This document shows positions 1 to 10,840 of a DNA stretch of 64,000 bases, in pieces. The notes beneath the pieces were generated by a model. That model was not told where the DNA came from and did no database searches. It saw only the letters and a list, made by a program, of their open reading frames with translations. The position numbers and the translations under genes were made by a program. Origin of the DNA: Candidatus Lightella neohaematopini (GTDB lineage Bacteria; Pseudomonadota; Gammaproteobacteria; Enterobacterales; Enterobacteriaceae); contig JAOBJT010000002.1 in the NCBI GenBank assembly GCA_025728345.1, positions 41,075-105,074 of the forward strand, written 5' to 3'. How positions within the stretch are numbered: position 1 is the stretch's first letter; each line of letters begins with the position of its first letter.

Positions 1-2
1 TT

Positions 3-728
3 ATGTTTAATAAAAAATCATTAATATATGATAAAATAATAATAAAAATTAGTGGTGAGGTATTAAGAAACAATTCTAATAATAATATAGATATTGTTTT
101 GATAAAAAATATAGCTCAAGAAATAAAAGAATTAGTTAGCATGGGGGTAAAAATTGGTTTAGTTATTGGTGGAGGAAATTTTTATAGAGGTTTAACTTTA
201 AGTAAAATAGGTATTAATATAGTTAGTAGTCATTATATCGGAATGTTATCTACTATTATGAACGGTTTAATATTCTATGATATTTTAAAAAATATGAATA
301 TAAATACAAAGTTAATATCAAATATTCCCATTAAAAATATATGTAATTCATATAACTATAAAGATATAATAGAATTTTTAGAAAAAAAATATGTTTTAAT
401 TTTTGTTGCTGGAACAGGTAATCCGTTTTTTACTACAGATTCTGCTGCCTGTCTTAGAGGATTAGAAATAAATGCTAATATTATATTGAAAGCTACTAAA
501 GTAGATGGTATCTTTTCTAAAGATCCAATAAAATATTCTGATGCTATTATGTATCATCATATTACTTATAAAGATATATTAAAAAATAAATTGAGGGTTA
601 TGGATTTAACTGCTTTTACTTTAGCTCAAGAACATCATATGGTGCTTCGTATATTTAATATTAGAAAAAGTGGTATATTAAAAAAAATTATTACTGGTTC
701 TCAAGAAGGTACTTTAGTTACAGAGTAA
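3..728 (+). CDS. pyrH: UMP kinase
   Basis: 241-aa ORF colinear with enterobacterial PyrH (KISGEVL, GGGNFYRG, GTGNPFFTTDSAACLRG, KATKVDGIFSKDP). First gene of the conserved pyrH-frr-dxr-uppS-cdsA block. Confidence 0.95.
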   Translation: MFNKKSLIYDKIIIKISGEVLRNNSNNNIDIVLIKNIAQEIKELVSMGVKIGLVIGGGNFYRGLTLSKIGINIVSSHYIGMLSTIMNGLIFYDILKNMNINTKLISNIPIKNICNSYNYKDIIEFLEKKYVLIFVAGTGNPFFTTDSAACLRGLEINANIILKATKVDGIFSKDPIKYSDAIMYHHITYKDILKNKLRVMDLTAFTLAQEHHMVLRIFNIRKSGILKKIITGSQEGTLVTE

Positions 729-742
729 TTAATAATATAAAT

Positions 743-1306
743 ATGAATAAAGAAATTTTATTGAAAACAGAAAAACTAATGAGTGATAGTGTAAAATTAT
801 TTGTTAATAAAATTAACAAAATCAATATTTATTATATTTCACCAGATTTAATAAAATTTTTAAAGGTTAAATATTGTAATAAAGTAATGTTATTACATAC
901 TTTATCTAATATAATTACTGAAAATAATAATACTATAATTATTGATGTTTTTAATAAAAAATTATTACCATTAGTAAAAAAAGCAATTAAAGATTCTAAA
1001 TTAGAATTAAATCAATCTTATATTAATAATAAAATTCGTATTTCTAATCCTATTTTAACTAATGAAAGAAGACACAATATACTAAAATTAATTAGTAGCG
1101 AATCAGAAGTTGCTCGTATTTCTATTAGAAATATAAGGCATAATACTTTAAATAAAATTAAGTCTTTACATAAAAAAAATAAATCTTTTAATAAGGATGA
1201 ATTTAAACTAATAAATAATAAGATTCAAGAAATGACTAATTTTTGGATTGATAAAATAAATAATCAATACTTAATAAAAGAAAAAGAAATTTTAACTAAC
1301 AATTAA
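743..1306 (+). CDS. frr: ribosome recycling factor
   Basis: 187 aa. LTNERRHNILKLISSESEVARISIRNIRHNTLNKIKSL aligns with E. coli Frr [38 protein letters not shown]. Lies directly after pyrH. Confidence 0.9.
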   Translation: MNKEILLKTEKLMSDSVKLFVNKINKINIYYISPDLIKFLKVKYCNKVMLLHTLSNIITENNNTIIIDVFNKKLLPLVKKAIKDSKLELNQSYINNKIRISNPILTNERRHNILKLISSESEVARISIRNIRHNTLNKIKSLHKKNKSFNKDEFKLINNKIQEMTNFWIDKINNQYLIKEKEILTNN

Positions 1307-1330
1307 TTAAATTATTATTCAGTTATATTA

Positions 1331-2533
1331 ATGAAATATATTACTTTGCTAGGTAGTACTGGATCAATTGGTTGTAATGTTTTAAATATAGTAAAGAACG
1401 ATTTAAATTTTTTTAAAATTATAGCACTAGTAGCTAGAAAAAATATTTCTTTAATAATTCAGCAATGTTTATTCTTCAAACCTAAATATGTCTGTATGAT
1501 TAACAAAAAATCAGCAAAAATACTAAAAGATTATCTGAATTCAATTAATAGTAAAGTAATAGTATTATCCGGAATAGAAAATGCTTGTAATGTTAGTATA
1601 TTAAATAATATTAATATGGTTATATCAGCAATGTCTGGTACTGCTGGATTACTACCAACTTTTAGTGCTTTAAAAGCAGGAAAACGTATATTATTAGCTA
1701 GTAAAGAAATATTAGTTATATGTGGTAAAATTTTTATGCAGGAATTAAGAAGTAACAAAACACAATTATTACCTTTAGATAGCGAACATAGTTCTATTTT
1801 TCAAAGTCTACCAATTAAATTTCAGAAAAATTTAGGTAAGAAAAATTTAAAAGATTTTAATATATCGAAAATTATTATTACTGGTTCTGGTGGGCCATTT
1901 AGAAAAATTCAAGATAGTAATTTAAACTACATTACTCCAGAACAAGCATATAATCATCCTAATTGGAAAATGGGAAAAAAAATTTCTGTAGATTCAGCTA
2001 CTATGATGAATAAAGGATTTGAATATATTGAAGCACGTTATTTATTTAACGCAAATGAAAAACAAATACAATTATTAATTCATCCTCAATCTATTGTTCA
2101 TTCTATAATATATTATAACAATGGTCACATATCTGCACAACTTAGTTATCCTGATATGAAAATATATATTTATTATGCTATGTATTATCCTAATTTTAGT
2201 AATTCACAAATGAAATTAATAGATTTATATAATTTAAATAAATTAAGTTTTGAAAATATTAGTTTTAATAAATATCCTTGTCTAAAATTAGCTATTGAAG
2301 CTATTAATACAAGTCAATCAGCTGTAATTATATTAAATGCAGCTAATGAAGTAGCAGTATATGCTTTTATTAATAAATTAATAAAATTTACTGATATAAC
2401 AACTATTAATAAGTTAGTATTAGACAAGTTATACTTTTTAGAACCTAAAGATATACAAGAAGTTATATATATATATAAGACAACAAAGAGATTTACCAAA
2501 AGAATAATACTAACTAAATTTAATAAAAAGTAA
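1331..2533 (+). CDS. dxr: 1-deoxy-D-xylulose 5-phosphate reductoisomerase
   Basis: 400 aa. N-terminal LGSTGSIG NADPH motif, LPLDSEHSSIFQSL, NHPNWKMGKKISVDSATMMNKG. Syntenic position. Confidence 0.95.
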   Translation: MKYITLLGSTGSIGCNVLNIVKNDLNFFKIIALVARKNISLIIQQCLFFKPKYVCMINKKSAKILKDYLNSINSKVIVLSGIENACNVSILNNINMVISAMSGTAGLLPTFSALKAGKRILLASKEILVICGKIFMQELRSNKTQLLPLDSEHSSIFQSLPIKFQKNLGKKNLKDFNISKIIITGSGGPFRKIQDSNLNYITPEQAYNHPNWKMGKKISVDSATMMNKGFEYIEARYLFNANEKQIQLLIHPQSIVHSIIYYNNGHISAQLSYPDMKIYIYYAMYYPNFSNSQMKLIDLYNLNKLSFENISFNKYPCLKLAIEAINTSQSAVIILNAANEVAVYAFINKLIKFTDITTINKLVLDKLYFLEPKDIQEVIYIYKTTKRFTKRIILTKFNKK

Positions 2534-2574
2534 ATATAAATTAAATGTTTGATCAATATTAATGAGAAAATAAT

Positions 2575-3291
2575 TTGTTATTATCTAACATAAATATACC
2601 AAAACATATTGCTATTATTATGGATGGTAATAGACGTTGGGCAAAAATTAGAGGTAAATTAAGTATTTTTGGGCATAAAAGAGGAGTACAATCAGCTAAA
2701 CGTGCTATAGAATTTGCAATAACAAATAATTTTAATGTATTAACATTGTATGCTTTTAGCAGTGAAAACTGGAATAGACCAATATCAGAAGTAAAATCAT
2801 TAATGAATCTATTTAAATATTCTCTAAAAAATGGAATATATAACTTACATAATAAAAAAGTTAAATTAAAAATTATTGGTGATACATCTAAATTTGAAAA
2901 AACATTAAAGAAACTTATTTATAATTCGGAAAAATTAACTAAAAATAATAACGGATTAAATTTAAATATCGCTATAAATTATGGCGGTAGATGGGATATA
3001 ATTCAAGGTATAAAAAAAATTATTAATAAAGTTCAAAAAGGATTAATTCATCCAAATCAAATAAACGAACAAACTTTATGCCAAGTAATATCTATGAATG
3101 ATTTAGATCCTGTAGATTTAGTAATACGTACAGGAGGAGAATATAGAATTAGTAATTTTTTATTATGGCAAATAGCATATTCAGAATTATTTTTTACTGA
3201 TGTACTATGGCCAGATTTTGATGAAAATATATTCTTTAATGCTATAAAATTCTTTTCTCAAAGAAATAGAAGATTTGGTACTACTAAATAG
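2575..3291 (+). CDS. uppS: undecaprenyl diphosphate synthase (TTG start)
   Basis: 238 aa. IIMDGNRRWA, LTLYAFSSENWNRP, RTGGEYRISNFLLWQIAYSELFFTDVLWPDF. The start must precede HIAIIMDG, and TTG at 2575 is the only in-frame candidate I see. Confidence 0.92.
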   Translation: MLLSNINIPKHIAIIMDGNRRWAKIRGKLSIFGHKRGVQSAKRAIEFAITNNFNVLTLYAFSSENWNRPISEVKSLMNLFKYSLKNGIYNLHNKKVKLKIIGDTSKFEKTLKKLIYNSEKLTKNNNGLNLNIAINYGGRWDIIQGIKKIINKVQKGLIHPNQINEQTLCQVISMNDLDPVDLVIRTGGEYRISNFLLWQIAYSELFFTDVLWPDFDENIFFNAIKFFSQRNRRFGTTK

Positions 3292-3325
3292 TTAGTATAA
3301 CAAAAACTAATAATGGAATAATTAA

Positions 3326-4168
3326 TTGTTAATAAAAAGAATATTTACTGCTATAATAATTATTTTTGCAATAAATTTATTAATTTTTAAATCCCCTAAA
3401 TATATTTTTATTTTGGCACTATTTATTATTTGTACTATAAGTTCTTGGGAATGGGGTAAAATATCAAATTTAAGTAGCATTTTTTATAAAACATTATTAT
3501 TAATTATTAATAATATTATTTTAAGTATATTAATATTTTTAATTACTAATATAAAATTAATATATAGAAAAATTTTATTATTATTTTTAACATTTATACC
3601 AATAATTTGGTGGTTAATAGCTATTTATTTACTTATAAATTATAATAAATTAATAAAAATATGGTATCGTTTAAAAATAATAAAACTATTATTTAGTACA
3701 TTTATTATAGTACCATTATTATATAGTATTACAATTATATATTTATATTATTATAATATTGGGTTATTTCAAAATGCGTTATTATTATATTTAATAATAA
3801 TAATATCTTGTATTGATTCAATATCATTTGTATATGGTAGTTATTTTGGTTATAAAAGGATAATGCTTACTATTTCTCCTAATAAAACTTGGGAAGGTTT
3901 TATGGTTGGATTATTATCATCAACAGTAATATCATTTATATTGATAAGTATAATGTTTAATAATAACAAATTATTACTAGTAATAAGTTCAATTATATCT
4001 TTGTTATTATCGATAATAGGCGATTTAACTGAAAGTATGTTTAAAAGATTAGCTAATTTAAAAGATAGTAGTAGCATTTTACCTGGTCATGGAGGAATTC
4101 TAGATAGAATAGATAGTTTTTCTATATCTGTACCTATATTTACATTTTTATTAATATTATTTAGTTAA
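3326..4168 (+). CDS. cdsA: phosphatidate cytidylyltransferase (TTG start)
   Basis: 280-aa polytopic membrane protein. SSWEWGK near the N-terminus, SPNKTWEGF, GDLTESMFKR and LPGHGGILDRIDS signature. Syntenic after uppS. Confidence 0.9.
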   Translation: MLIKRIFTAIIIIFAINLLIFKSPKYIFILALFIICTISSWEWGKISNLSSIFYKTLLLIINNIILSILIFLITNIKLIYRKILLLFLTFIPIIWWLIAIYLLINYNKLIKIWYRLKIIKLLFSTFIIVPLLYSITIIYLYYYNIGLFQNALLLYLIIIISCIDSISFVYGSYFGYKRIMLTISPNKTWEGFMVGLLSSTVISFILISIMFNNNKLLLVISSIISLLLSIIGDLTESMFKRLANLKDSSSILPGHGGILDRIDSFSISVPIFTFLLILFS

Positions 4169-4375
4169 TATTCATAGCTTAATTTTAGTTTACAGATAAT
4201 TTCTAACATATTACATTTAGTGTTTTTTTATTAAAAATATAATTATTTCTTAGTTTAATAGATTTTTTAATAAAAAAATATAAAAACTATTTAAAATAAA
4301 TTATTTATAAATGTATTAAATATTTAAAATTATTAGCATTTAAAAACTAATTCTAATGAATTAATAAAATTTATT

Positions 4376-6754
4376 ATGTCTACTAAATTATTAAATAATC
4401 TAACAATAAAAATAATCTTATTATTTTCATTACTTATTATTCAACCTGTTAATAGTACAGAAAAATTTAATATACAACGTATTTTAGTAAAAGGATTAAA
4501 ACACGTAGATATTAATTCTATAATTAAAGATATACCAATACATAATAATTTAATATCTTGCATTGATATTAACAAAACTATTAAATCACTATTTAATCTT
4601 GGTTATTTTAGTAATATACAAATTTTTTTAGATAAAAAAACATTAATTATACAAGTTATAGAAAGACCAATAATATCTTATATAAAATTTTATGGTAATA
4701 ATTATATAAATAAATTAATAATATTAGATTTATTAAAATTTAATAATATTAAAGTTGGTGAATTTTATAATGATTTTAATATTAAAAAATTTATATGTAT
4801 AATAAAAAAATTATACATTAGTATTGGTAAATATAATAATAAAATTAATATTACAAAAAAAATAACATACAATAACCAAGTTACAATCATTATTAGTATT
4901 TATGAAGGTGTAACAGCAAAAATTAAGCAAATTAATATTATCGGTAATTATAATTTTAATTACAGAACTCTAATTTATCTATTTAAACACATAAATGAAT
5001 TAAAATTAAAAAATAATATTAATAATACTGAATTTGCAGAAAAAAAAGTACAACGATATATAAAAGCACTAACTGTATTTTATTTTAGTAATGGTTACAT
5101 AAGATTTTATATAGAAAACACTTATACTACTATATCTAAAGAAAAAAAGGATATTTATATTACTATAAAAATACACGAAGGACAACAATATAAAATAACC
5201 AACTTAATTATAAATTGTAATATACCTGATATATCTAATAACATAAATTATATTAAATTAAACGCAATATATAATATTTATAGTTTAAAAAGATTAAAAA
5301 ATAATATTAATAATTTATTTAATCAATATGGCTTTATTAAAGTTAAAATTAATTATAAAATTAGTATTAATGATTTAAATAAATCAATTATAGTATATGT
5401 TAATATTAATAGTGGTGTACGTTATTACGTAAGATACATACATTTTTATGGCAATAATTATACTAGAGATTATGTATTAAGACGTGAAATATTACAGACA
5501 GAAAATTCATTTTTTAACAAAAATTTAATTAAGAGTGACATTTTAAAAATAAAAAATTTAGGATTTTTTAAGAAAATAAAAGTAAAGATAATTTATATCA
5601 ACAAGAAAAGCAATATTGTTGATATAATATATAGATTAAAAGAGTATAATTTTAATAAAATTAAAACTAATGCTAATTTTAATATTAGTAATAATATTAA
5701 TTTAAAGTTAAATTTAATGCAAAGTAATTTATTAGGATATGGTAATAAAATAAATATTATAGAATCAAAAAATAAATATCATAATTATTTTGAAATATTT
5801 ACTATGAATCCATTTTTAACTTTGAATAAAGTTAATATAAAAGGAAGATTATTTTTTGATCTATCTAATAAAAAAAAATATATTCAAAATGCTAATTGGG
5901 ATAAATATGGAGTAAGTGTAAATTTTGATATACCAATTAATTATAATAGTAACTTAAGTATTGGTTTAGAAAGCATACATAATATTTTATACAACATAAA
6001 ATCTCAATTATCAACAATTTTTTATTTGAATAGTATTAATATTTACCCAAACATTAATAAATATATAAGTAATAATCTTAAAATTAATGATATATTACTA
6101 TTAACTAATTGGTTTTATACTACTATTGATAAAAACAATTATTTTCCTAGTAACGGTATACTAATTAATATGATGAATAAATTTACTATTTTAAATTCTA
6201 AAAATAATTTTTACAACATTGTATTAAGTATTAATAAATTTATATCTCTTTATAAAAAGAAAAATTTTATTTTAACTTCACACGTGCATATTGGTTACTT
6301 AGGTGGTTTCAATAATAAACTAATACCATTCTATGATAATTTTTATATGAATAGTAATAATTATATTAGAGGATTTCAATATAATTATTTAGGTAAAAAA
6401 AATATATATTATGATTGTCATCATACTAGTACTTATAATAAGTGTATATTATCATCATCTAATGATCATGGTGGAGGAAATGTTATTACTTTAATAAATA
6501 CTGAACTAATACTACCAATAATTAAAAATTATACAAAAGTAGCACGTATGTCATTATTTATTGATATAGGTAATATTTGGAACAAAAATAATTTATTAAA
6601 TTTTATAGATAAAAATTTTAGATTATCTAATGGTATATCTATAAAAATTATTTCTCCATTTGGTCCAATATCATTTTCTTATGCTTATCCTATTAAAAAA
6701 TATAATAATGATAAAATAGAAAGACTACAGTTTAATTTTAATAGATTTTATTAA
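4376..6754 (+). CDS. bamA: outer membrane protein assembly factor BamA
   Basis: 792 aa. N-terminal signal peptide, repeated POTRA-like segments (RILVKGLKHV, IERPIISYIKFYGN, YVRYIHFYGNNYTRDYVLRRE), C-terminal barrel ending in an aromatic residue (QFNFNRFY). Lies between cdsA and skp as in E. coli. Confidence 0.9.
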   Translation: MSTKLLNNLTIKIILLFSLLIIQPVNSTEKFNIQRILVKGLKHVDINSIIKDIPIHNNLISCIDINKTIKSLFNLGYFSNIQIFLDKKTLIIQVIERPIISYIKFYGNNYINKLIILDLLKFNNIKVGEFYNDFNIKKFICIIKKLYISIGKYNNKINITKKITYNNQVTIIISIYEGVTAKIKQINIIGNYNFNYRTLIYLFKHINELKLKNNINNTEFAEKKVQRYIKALTVFYFSNGYIRFYIENTYTTISKEKKDIYITIKIHEGQQYKITNLIINCNIPDISNNINYIKLNAIYNIYSLKRLKNNINNLFNQYGFIKVKINYKISINDLNKSIIVYVNINSGVRYYVRYIHFYGNNYTRDYVLRREILQTENSFFNKNLIKSDILKIKNLGFFKKIKVKIIYINKKSNIVDIIYRLKEYNFNKIKTNANFNISNNINLKLNLMQSNLLGYGNKINIIESKNKYHNYFEIFTMNPFLTLNKVNIKGRLFFDLSNKKKYIQNANWDKYGVSVNFDIPINYNSNLSIGLESIHNILYNIKSQLSTIFYLNSINIYPNINKYISNNLKINDILLLTNWFYTTIDKNNYFPSNGILINMMNKFTILNSKNNFYNIVLSINKFISLYKKKNFILTSHVHIGYLGGFNNKLIPFYDNFYMNSNNYIRGFQYNYLGKKNIYYDCHHTSTYNKCILSSSNDHGGGNVITLINTELILPIIKNYTKVARMSLFIDIGNIWNKNNLLNFIDKNFRLSNGISIKIISPFGPISFSYAYPIKKYNNDKIERLQFNFNRFY

Positions 6755-6799
6755 AAAATTATTAATTATTTAAATATTTATAAATTTAGGTATATATCA

Positions 6800-7300
6800 A
6801 TGTTTAATAGATTATTTACTATTAGTATGATACTACTAACTATTGTAACCCCATTTAAGATATTAGCTTGTAATAAAATTGCAATGGTTAATATTAATAA
6901 TATTTTTCAACAATATCCAAAAAGAATAGAGATCGCAAAAAAACTTGAAAATGAATTTGAACATGAAGCAAATGAATTACAGTTAATGGAACATGAAATA
7001 CAAAATAAAATACAATATTTACAGCATTATGGATCAAATATGAAAATTAATGAACGTAATGAGTTAGAAAATTCATTAATTAAACAACGTGAAAATTTTT
7101 CTAATAAAGCACAAGAATTTGAACAAAATAATCGTCGTAGACAAGCAGAAGAACGAGATAAAATTTTAGTAATAATTCAAAATACGGTAAAAAATATTGC
7201 TGCAAAATATAAGTATGATATAGTACTTGATGCAAGTACTATAGTTTATTCTAATAAGGTTAAAGATATTACTAATGAAGTATTACAACTAATTAGGTAA
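6800..7300 (+). CDS. skp: periplasmic chaperone Skp
   Basis: 166 aa with signal peptide. [26 protein letters not shown] and [21 protein letters not shown] ... [13 protein letters not shown] are colinear with E. coli Skp. bamA-skp-lpxD synteny. Confidence 0.88.
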   Translation: MFNRLFTISMILLTIVTPFKILACNKIAMVNINNIFQQYPKRIEIAKKLENEFEHEANELQLMEHEIQNKIQYLQHYGSNMKINERNELENSLIKQRENFSNKAQEFEQNNRRRQAEERDKILVIIQNTVKNIAAKYKYDIVLDASTIVYSNKVKDITNEVLQLIR

Positions 7301-7307
7301 TATAGTT

Positions 7308-8318
7308 ATGTTTACTATTAAAATCACTGATTTAGCAAAACAATTAAATGCTAAATTAATTGGTGACAATAATATAATAATTCACGGTATTACTTCTATT
7401 TATAATACAAAAAAAAACTATATTACTTTTCTTGCTAATAAGAAATTACGTTTTTTATTATCTAATTGTAAAGCATCAGCTGTTATTATTGATAAAAGTA
7501 GTGTACCATTTTGTAAAACTACCTCATTAGTAGTAGCTAAACCTTATCTTGCTTATGTTTTATTTGCAAATATGATATATAATAAGTTATATAATAATAT
7601 TAAAATAAGCACAAAAGAAAAAGATATTTTATTAGGAAAAAATGTTAATATTGGTGATAATGTAGTAATAGAAAATAATGTAAAATTAGGAAATAATGTT
7701 GTTATTGGATCAAATTGTTTTATTGGTAAGAATGTAATTATTAAAGATAATACTAAATTATTTAATAATGTTACTATTCATTGTGATACTATAATTGGTA
7801 ATAATTGCATTATTCAATCTGGTACTGTAATTGGATCAGATGGATTTGGTTATATTAAAAATAAGAAAAAATGGTTAAAAATACCGCATTTAGGGCGAGT
7901 AATTATACATAATTATGTAGAAATTGGGTCATGTACTACTGTAGACCGGGGAACATTAGATGATACTATTATCAATAGTGGAGTTATTATAGATAATTTA
8001 TGTCAAATAGCACATAATGTCATAATAGGTAAATATACAGCTATTGCTGGAGGGGTGATAATTGCTGGTAGTTCACATATAGGAAATAATTGTTTAGTAG
8101 GTGGTGCAACTGTTATTAATGGTCATATTAGTATTTGTGATAAAGTTACTATTACTGGTATGAGTATGGTAATCCGTTCTATCAAAAAATCTGGTGTATA
8201 CTCCTCTGGAATTCCAATACAACAAAATAATAAGTGGCGTAAAACAGCAGTATTAACTATGAATATTAATAAAATTAACAAACGAATAAAAGTTATTGAA
8301 CGGAATATCAATAAATAG
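7308..8318 (+). CDS. lpxD: UDP-3-O-acylglucosamine N-acyltransferase
   Basis: 336 aa. N-terminal L(A)xQLNAxL domain followed by long hexapeptide (left-handed beta-helix) repeats. [35 protein letters not shown]. Confidence 0.93.
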   Translation: MFTIKITDLAKQLNAKLIGDNNIIIHGITSIYNTKKNYITFLANKKLRFLLSNCKASAVIIDKSSVPFCKTTSLVVAKPYLAYVLFANMIYNKLYNNIKISTKEKDILLGKNVNIGDNVVIENNVKLGNNVVIGSNCFIGKNVIIKDNTKLFNNVTIHCDTIIGNNCIIQSGTVIGSDGFGYIKNKKKWLKIPHLGRVIIHNYVEIGSCTTVDRGTLDDTIINSGVIIDNLCQIAHNVIIGKYTAIAGGVIIAGSSHIGNNCLVGGATVINGHISICDKVTITGMSMVIRSIKKSGVYSSGIPIQQNNKWRKTAVLTMNINKINKRIKVIERNINK

Positions 8319-8403
8319 ATATTTTTATATTTTTAAACTATTTAAACTTAATTAATGATATTTTATTGTTTATTAGAAATATTATCTTTAATAGGAATTA
8401 TTT

Positions 8404-8859
8404 TTGGGTATTAATAATCACTCTTTAAACATTAAAGAAATATTAGAATTATTACCACATCGATTTCCATTTTTACTAATAGATCATGTGTTGTATTTTG
8501 AATGTGGTAAATTTTTACGTGCAATAAAAAATGTTTCTTTTAATGAACCATTTTTTCAAGGACATTTTCCTGGAAAACCAATATTTCCTGGAGTACTAAT
8601 TTTAGAGGCTATAGCTCAAGCAACTGGTATTTTAGCTTTTAAGAGTGTAAGTAAATTAGCACCAGGAGAATTGTACTATTTTGCTGCTGTTAATTCTGCT
8701 AGATTTAAAAAACCAGTACAACCTGGTGATCAAATGATTATCGAAGTAACTTTTATTAAAGAACGTAATGGAATGGCTAAATTTAATGGTATTGTTACAG
8801 TAGCTAATATATTAGTTTGTAAAGCATCTATGATGTGTGCTCGTAGAAAGGATATTTAA
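8404..8859 (+). CDS. fabZ: 3-hydroxyacyl-ACP dehydratase FabZ (TTG start)
   Basis: 151 aa, near-identical blocks to E. coli FabZ: [59 protein letters not shown]. Confidence 0.96.
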   Translation: MGINNHSLNIKEILELLPHRFPFLLIDHVLYFECGKFLRAIKNVSFNEPFFQGHFPGKPIFPGVLILEAIAQATGILAFKSVSKLAPGELYYFAAVNSARFKKPVQPGDQMIIEVTFIKERNGMAKFNGIVTVANILVCKASMMCARRKDI

Positions 8860-8866
8860 AAATAAA

Positions 8867-9655
8867 ATGATTGATCAGTCTTCTTTTATACATCCTAGTT
8901 CTATTGTTGAAAAAGGAGCTGTTATTCATGCCAATGTGTATATTGGCCCATTTTGTTTTATAGGATCTCAAGTATGTATAGGGGCAAGAACTACATTAAA
9001 ATCACATGTTGTAGTAAATGGTATAACAAATATTGGTGAAGATAATAAAATTTATGCTTTTGCTATTTTAGGAGAAGTAAATCAAGATTTAAAGTATAAT
9101 AGTGAGCCTACTAGAGTAGAAATTGGTAATCGTAATATGATTAGAGAAAATGTTACCATTCATAGAGGTACTAGACAAGGTAGAAAAGTAACTAAAATTG
9201 GTAATGATAATTTACTGATGGGTAATACTCATGTTGCTCATGATTGCATTATTGGTAATCACTGTATTATGGCTAATAATACTACTTTAGGTGGACATGT
9301 ATCAATTGATGATTATACTGTTATTGGTGGAATGACAGCAATACATCAGTTTTGTGTTATTGGAGCTTACGTTATGATTGGTGGTTGTTCTGGAGTAGCA
9401 CAAGATGTACCACCTTGTATTATAGCTCATGGCAATCATGCTATTCCTTTTGGTTTAAATACAAAAGGTTTAAAAAAATATGGTTTTGCTAATTATGAAT
9501 TATATGCTATTAACAAAGCATATAAAATTATATATAGAAATGGTAATACCATAAAAAAAGCTAAATTAGAATTAACTAAATTAGCAAAACATAACCCAAT
9601 AATAACTATTTTTTTAGATTTTTTATCTCGTTCAAAAAGAGGTATTATTCGTTAA
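8867..9655 (+). CDS. lpxA: UDP-N-acetylglucosamine acyltransferase
   Basis: ORF track opens at 8837. I place the start at ATG 8867 ([12 protein letters not shown] = E. coli MIDKSAFVHPTA), giving 262 aa as in E. coli. [34 protein letters not shown]. Confidence 0.95.
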   Translation: MIDQSSFIHPSSIVEKGAVIHANVYIGPFCFIGSQVCIGARTTLKSHVVVNGITNIGEDNKIYAFAILGEVNQDLKYNSEPTRVEIGNRNMIRENVTIHRGTRQGRKVTKIGNDNLLMGNTHVAHDCIIGNHCIMANNTTLGGHVSIDDYTVIGGMTAIHQFCVIGAYVMIGGCSGVAQDVPPCIIAHGNHAIPFGLNTKGLKKYGFANYELYAINKAYKIIYRNGNTIKKAKLELTKLAKHNPIITIFLDFLSRSKRGIIR

Positions 9656-9665
9656 ATATTATATT

Positions 9666-10820
9666 ATGACTAAATTAGTTAATATTGGTTTAGTAGTTGG
9701 TGAATTTTCTGGTGATTTAATAGGTGCTAAACTAATAAAAAATATAAAAAAATATCTGTGGAATGTTAATTTCGTTGGTATTGCTGGGCCATTAATGCAA
9801 TTAGAAGGAATGAAAACCTGGTTTGATATCAATGAATTAATGTTATTTGGTATTACCAATGTAATTCCCCATTTATCAAAAATTAGGTTTATTAAATATG
9901 ATATTTTAAATAAATTACTAAATGCTAACATTAATGTTTTTATTGGCATAGATAGTCCAGAAATTAATATTTTTTTAGAAACCAAGTTAAAAAAATGTGG
10001 TATTTATACTATTCATTATATTAGTCCATCAATTTGGGCTTGGCGTAAAAAAAGAATCAAAAAATTAAAACATGCTACTAATAATGTACTTATCACATTT
10101 CCATTTGAAAAGAAATTTTACGAATATTATAACGTTAACTACAAATTTGTTGGTCATCCTGTAGCGGAAAATTTACCACTTTATCCAAACAAAATTTTAA
10201 TGAGAAAAAAATTAAACATAGACAGTAATAGTTTATGTTTAGTAATGTTACCAGGTAGTCGTAAAATAGAAATAGATATGATTAGCGTTAGTTTTCTTAA
10301 ATGTGTATTAATTTTAAAAAATATCTTTCCTAATTTAATTATTATTGTACCATTGAATAATCAAGATCGTATTAATCAATTTACTAAAATTAAAAATAGT
10401 ATTGCCCCTAATATTAATATAAGGATAATGAATTATCCAGCATACCAAATCATGGTAGCTTCTGATATAGCTTTATTAACTTCAGGTACAGCAACACTAG
10501 AATGTATGATAGCTAAGTGTCCAATGGTAGTTGGTTATCGTATTCCATCATTAGATTTTGTTATTGCAAAAATATTAATTCGTATTAAATGGATATCATT
10601 ACCTAATTTACTAGCTAACAAATATGTAGTTAATGAGTATATTCAGAATAATCTTAAACCAGAATTATTAGCATCTACAATAATTAAAATTATTTTAGAT
10701 AAATGTTATCAACGCAAAATCAAAAATATTTTTGTTGACCTGCATAAAAAAATAAATTTTAATGCTAGTGAACAAGCAACAAAAATAGTATTGCAAGTTA
10801 TTAGTAATAATTTGCACTAA
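9666..10820 (+). CDS. lpxB: lipid-A-disaccharide synthase
   Basis: 384 aa. GEFSGDLIGAKLI, FVGIAGPLMQLEG, YISPSIWAWRKKRI, LPGSR, SGTATLECMIAKCPMVVGYR. Syntenic after lpxA. Confidence 0.93.
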   Translation: MTKLVNIGLVVGEFSGDLIGAKLIKNIKKYLWNVNFVGIAGPLMQLEGMKTWFDINELMLFGITNVIPHLSKIRFIKYDILNKLLNANINVFIGIDSPEINIFLETKLKKCGIYTIHYISPSIWAWRKKRIKKLKHATNNVLITFPFEKKFYEYYNVNYKFVGHPVAENLPLYPNKILMRKKLNIDSNSLCLVMLPGSRKIEIDMISVSFLKCVLILKNIFPNLIIIVPLNNQDRINQFTKIKNSIAPNINIRIMNYPAYQIMVASDIALLTSGTATLECMIAKCPMVVGYRIPSLDFVIAKILIRIKWISLPNLLANKYVVNEYIQNNLKPELLASTIIKIILDKCYQRKIKNIFVDLHKKINFNASEQATKIVLQVISNNLH

Positions 10821-10840
10821 ATAATAAATTTATAATTACT

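Noticed and set aside
1531-1758. Antisense or overlapping ORFs from the six-frame track. Coordinates are 1531-1758(-), 2314-2556(-), 3850-4077(-), 8123-8311(-), 9659-9985(-), 17341-17523(+), 28231-28476(+), 29972-30160(+), 33869-34084(+), 35448-35633(+), 41620-41844(+), 43052-43303(-), 52495-52692(+), 53710-53913(+), 60898-61140(-) and 62089-62391(-).
   Set aside because: Each lies wholly (or, for 2314-2556, 9659-9985, 28231-28476 and 62089-62391, almost wholly) inside a confidently identified gene on the opposite strand. Their low-complexity I/L/N/K/F-rich translations carry no recognisable motif. They are the size expected by chance, since stop codons are depleted on the antisense of AT-rich coding DNA.
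4169-4375. Looked for residual rseP coding signal or a small RNA in the cdsA-bamA spacer.
   Set aside because: No open frame, no G/C-enriched segment and no recognisable hairpin. It appears to be fully eroded spacer, so only the gene loss itself is reported.
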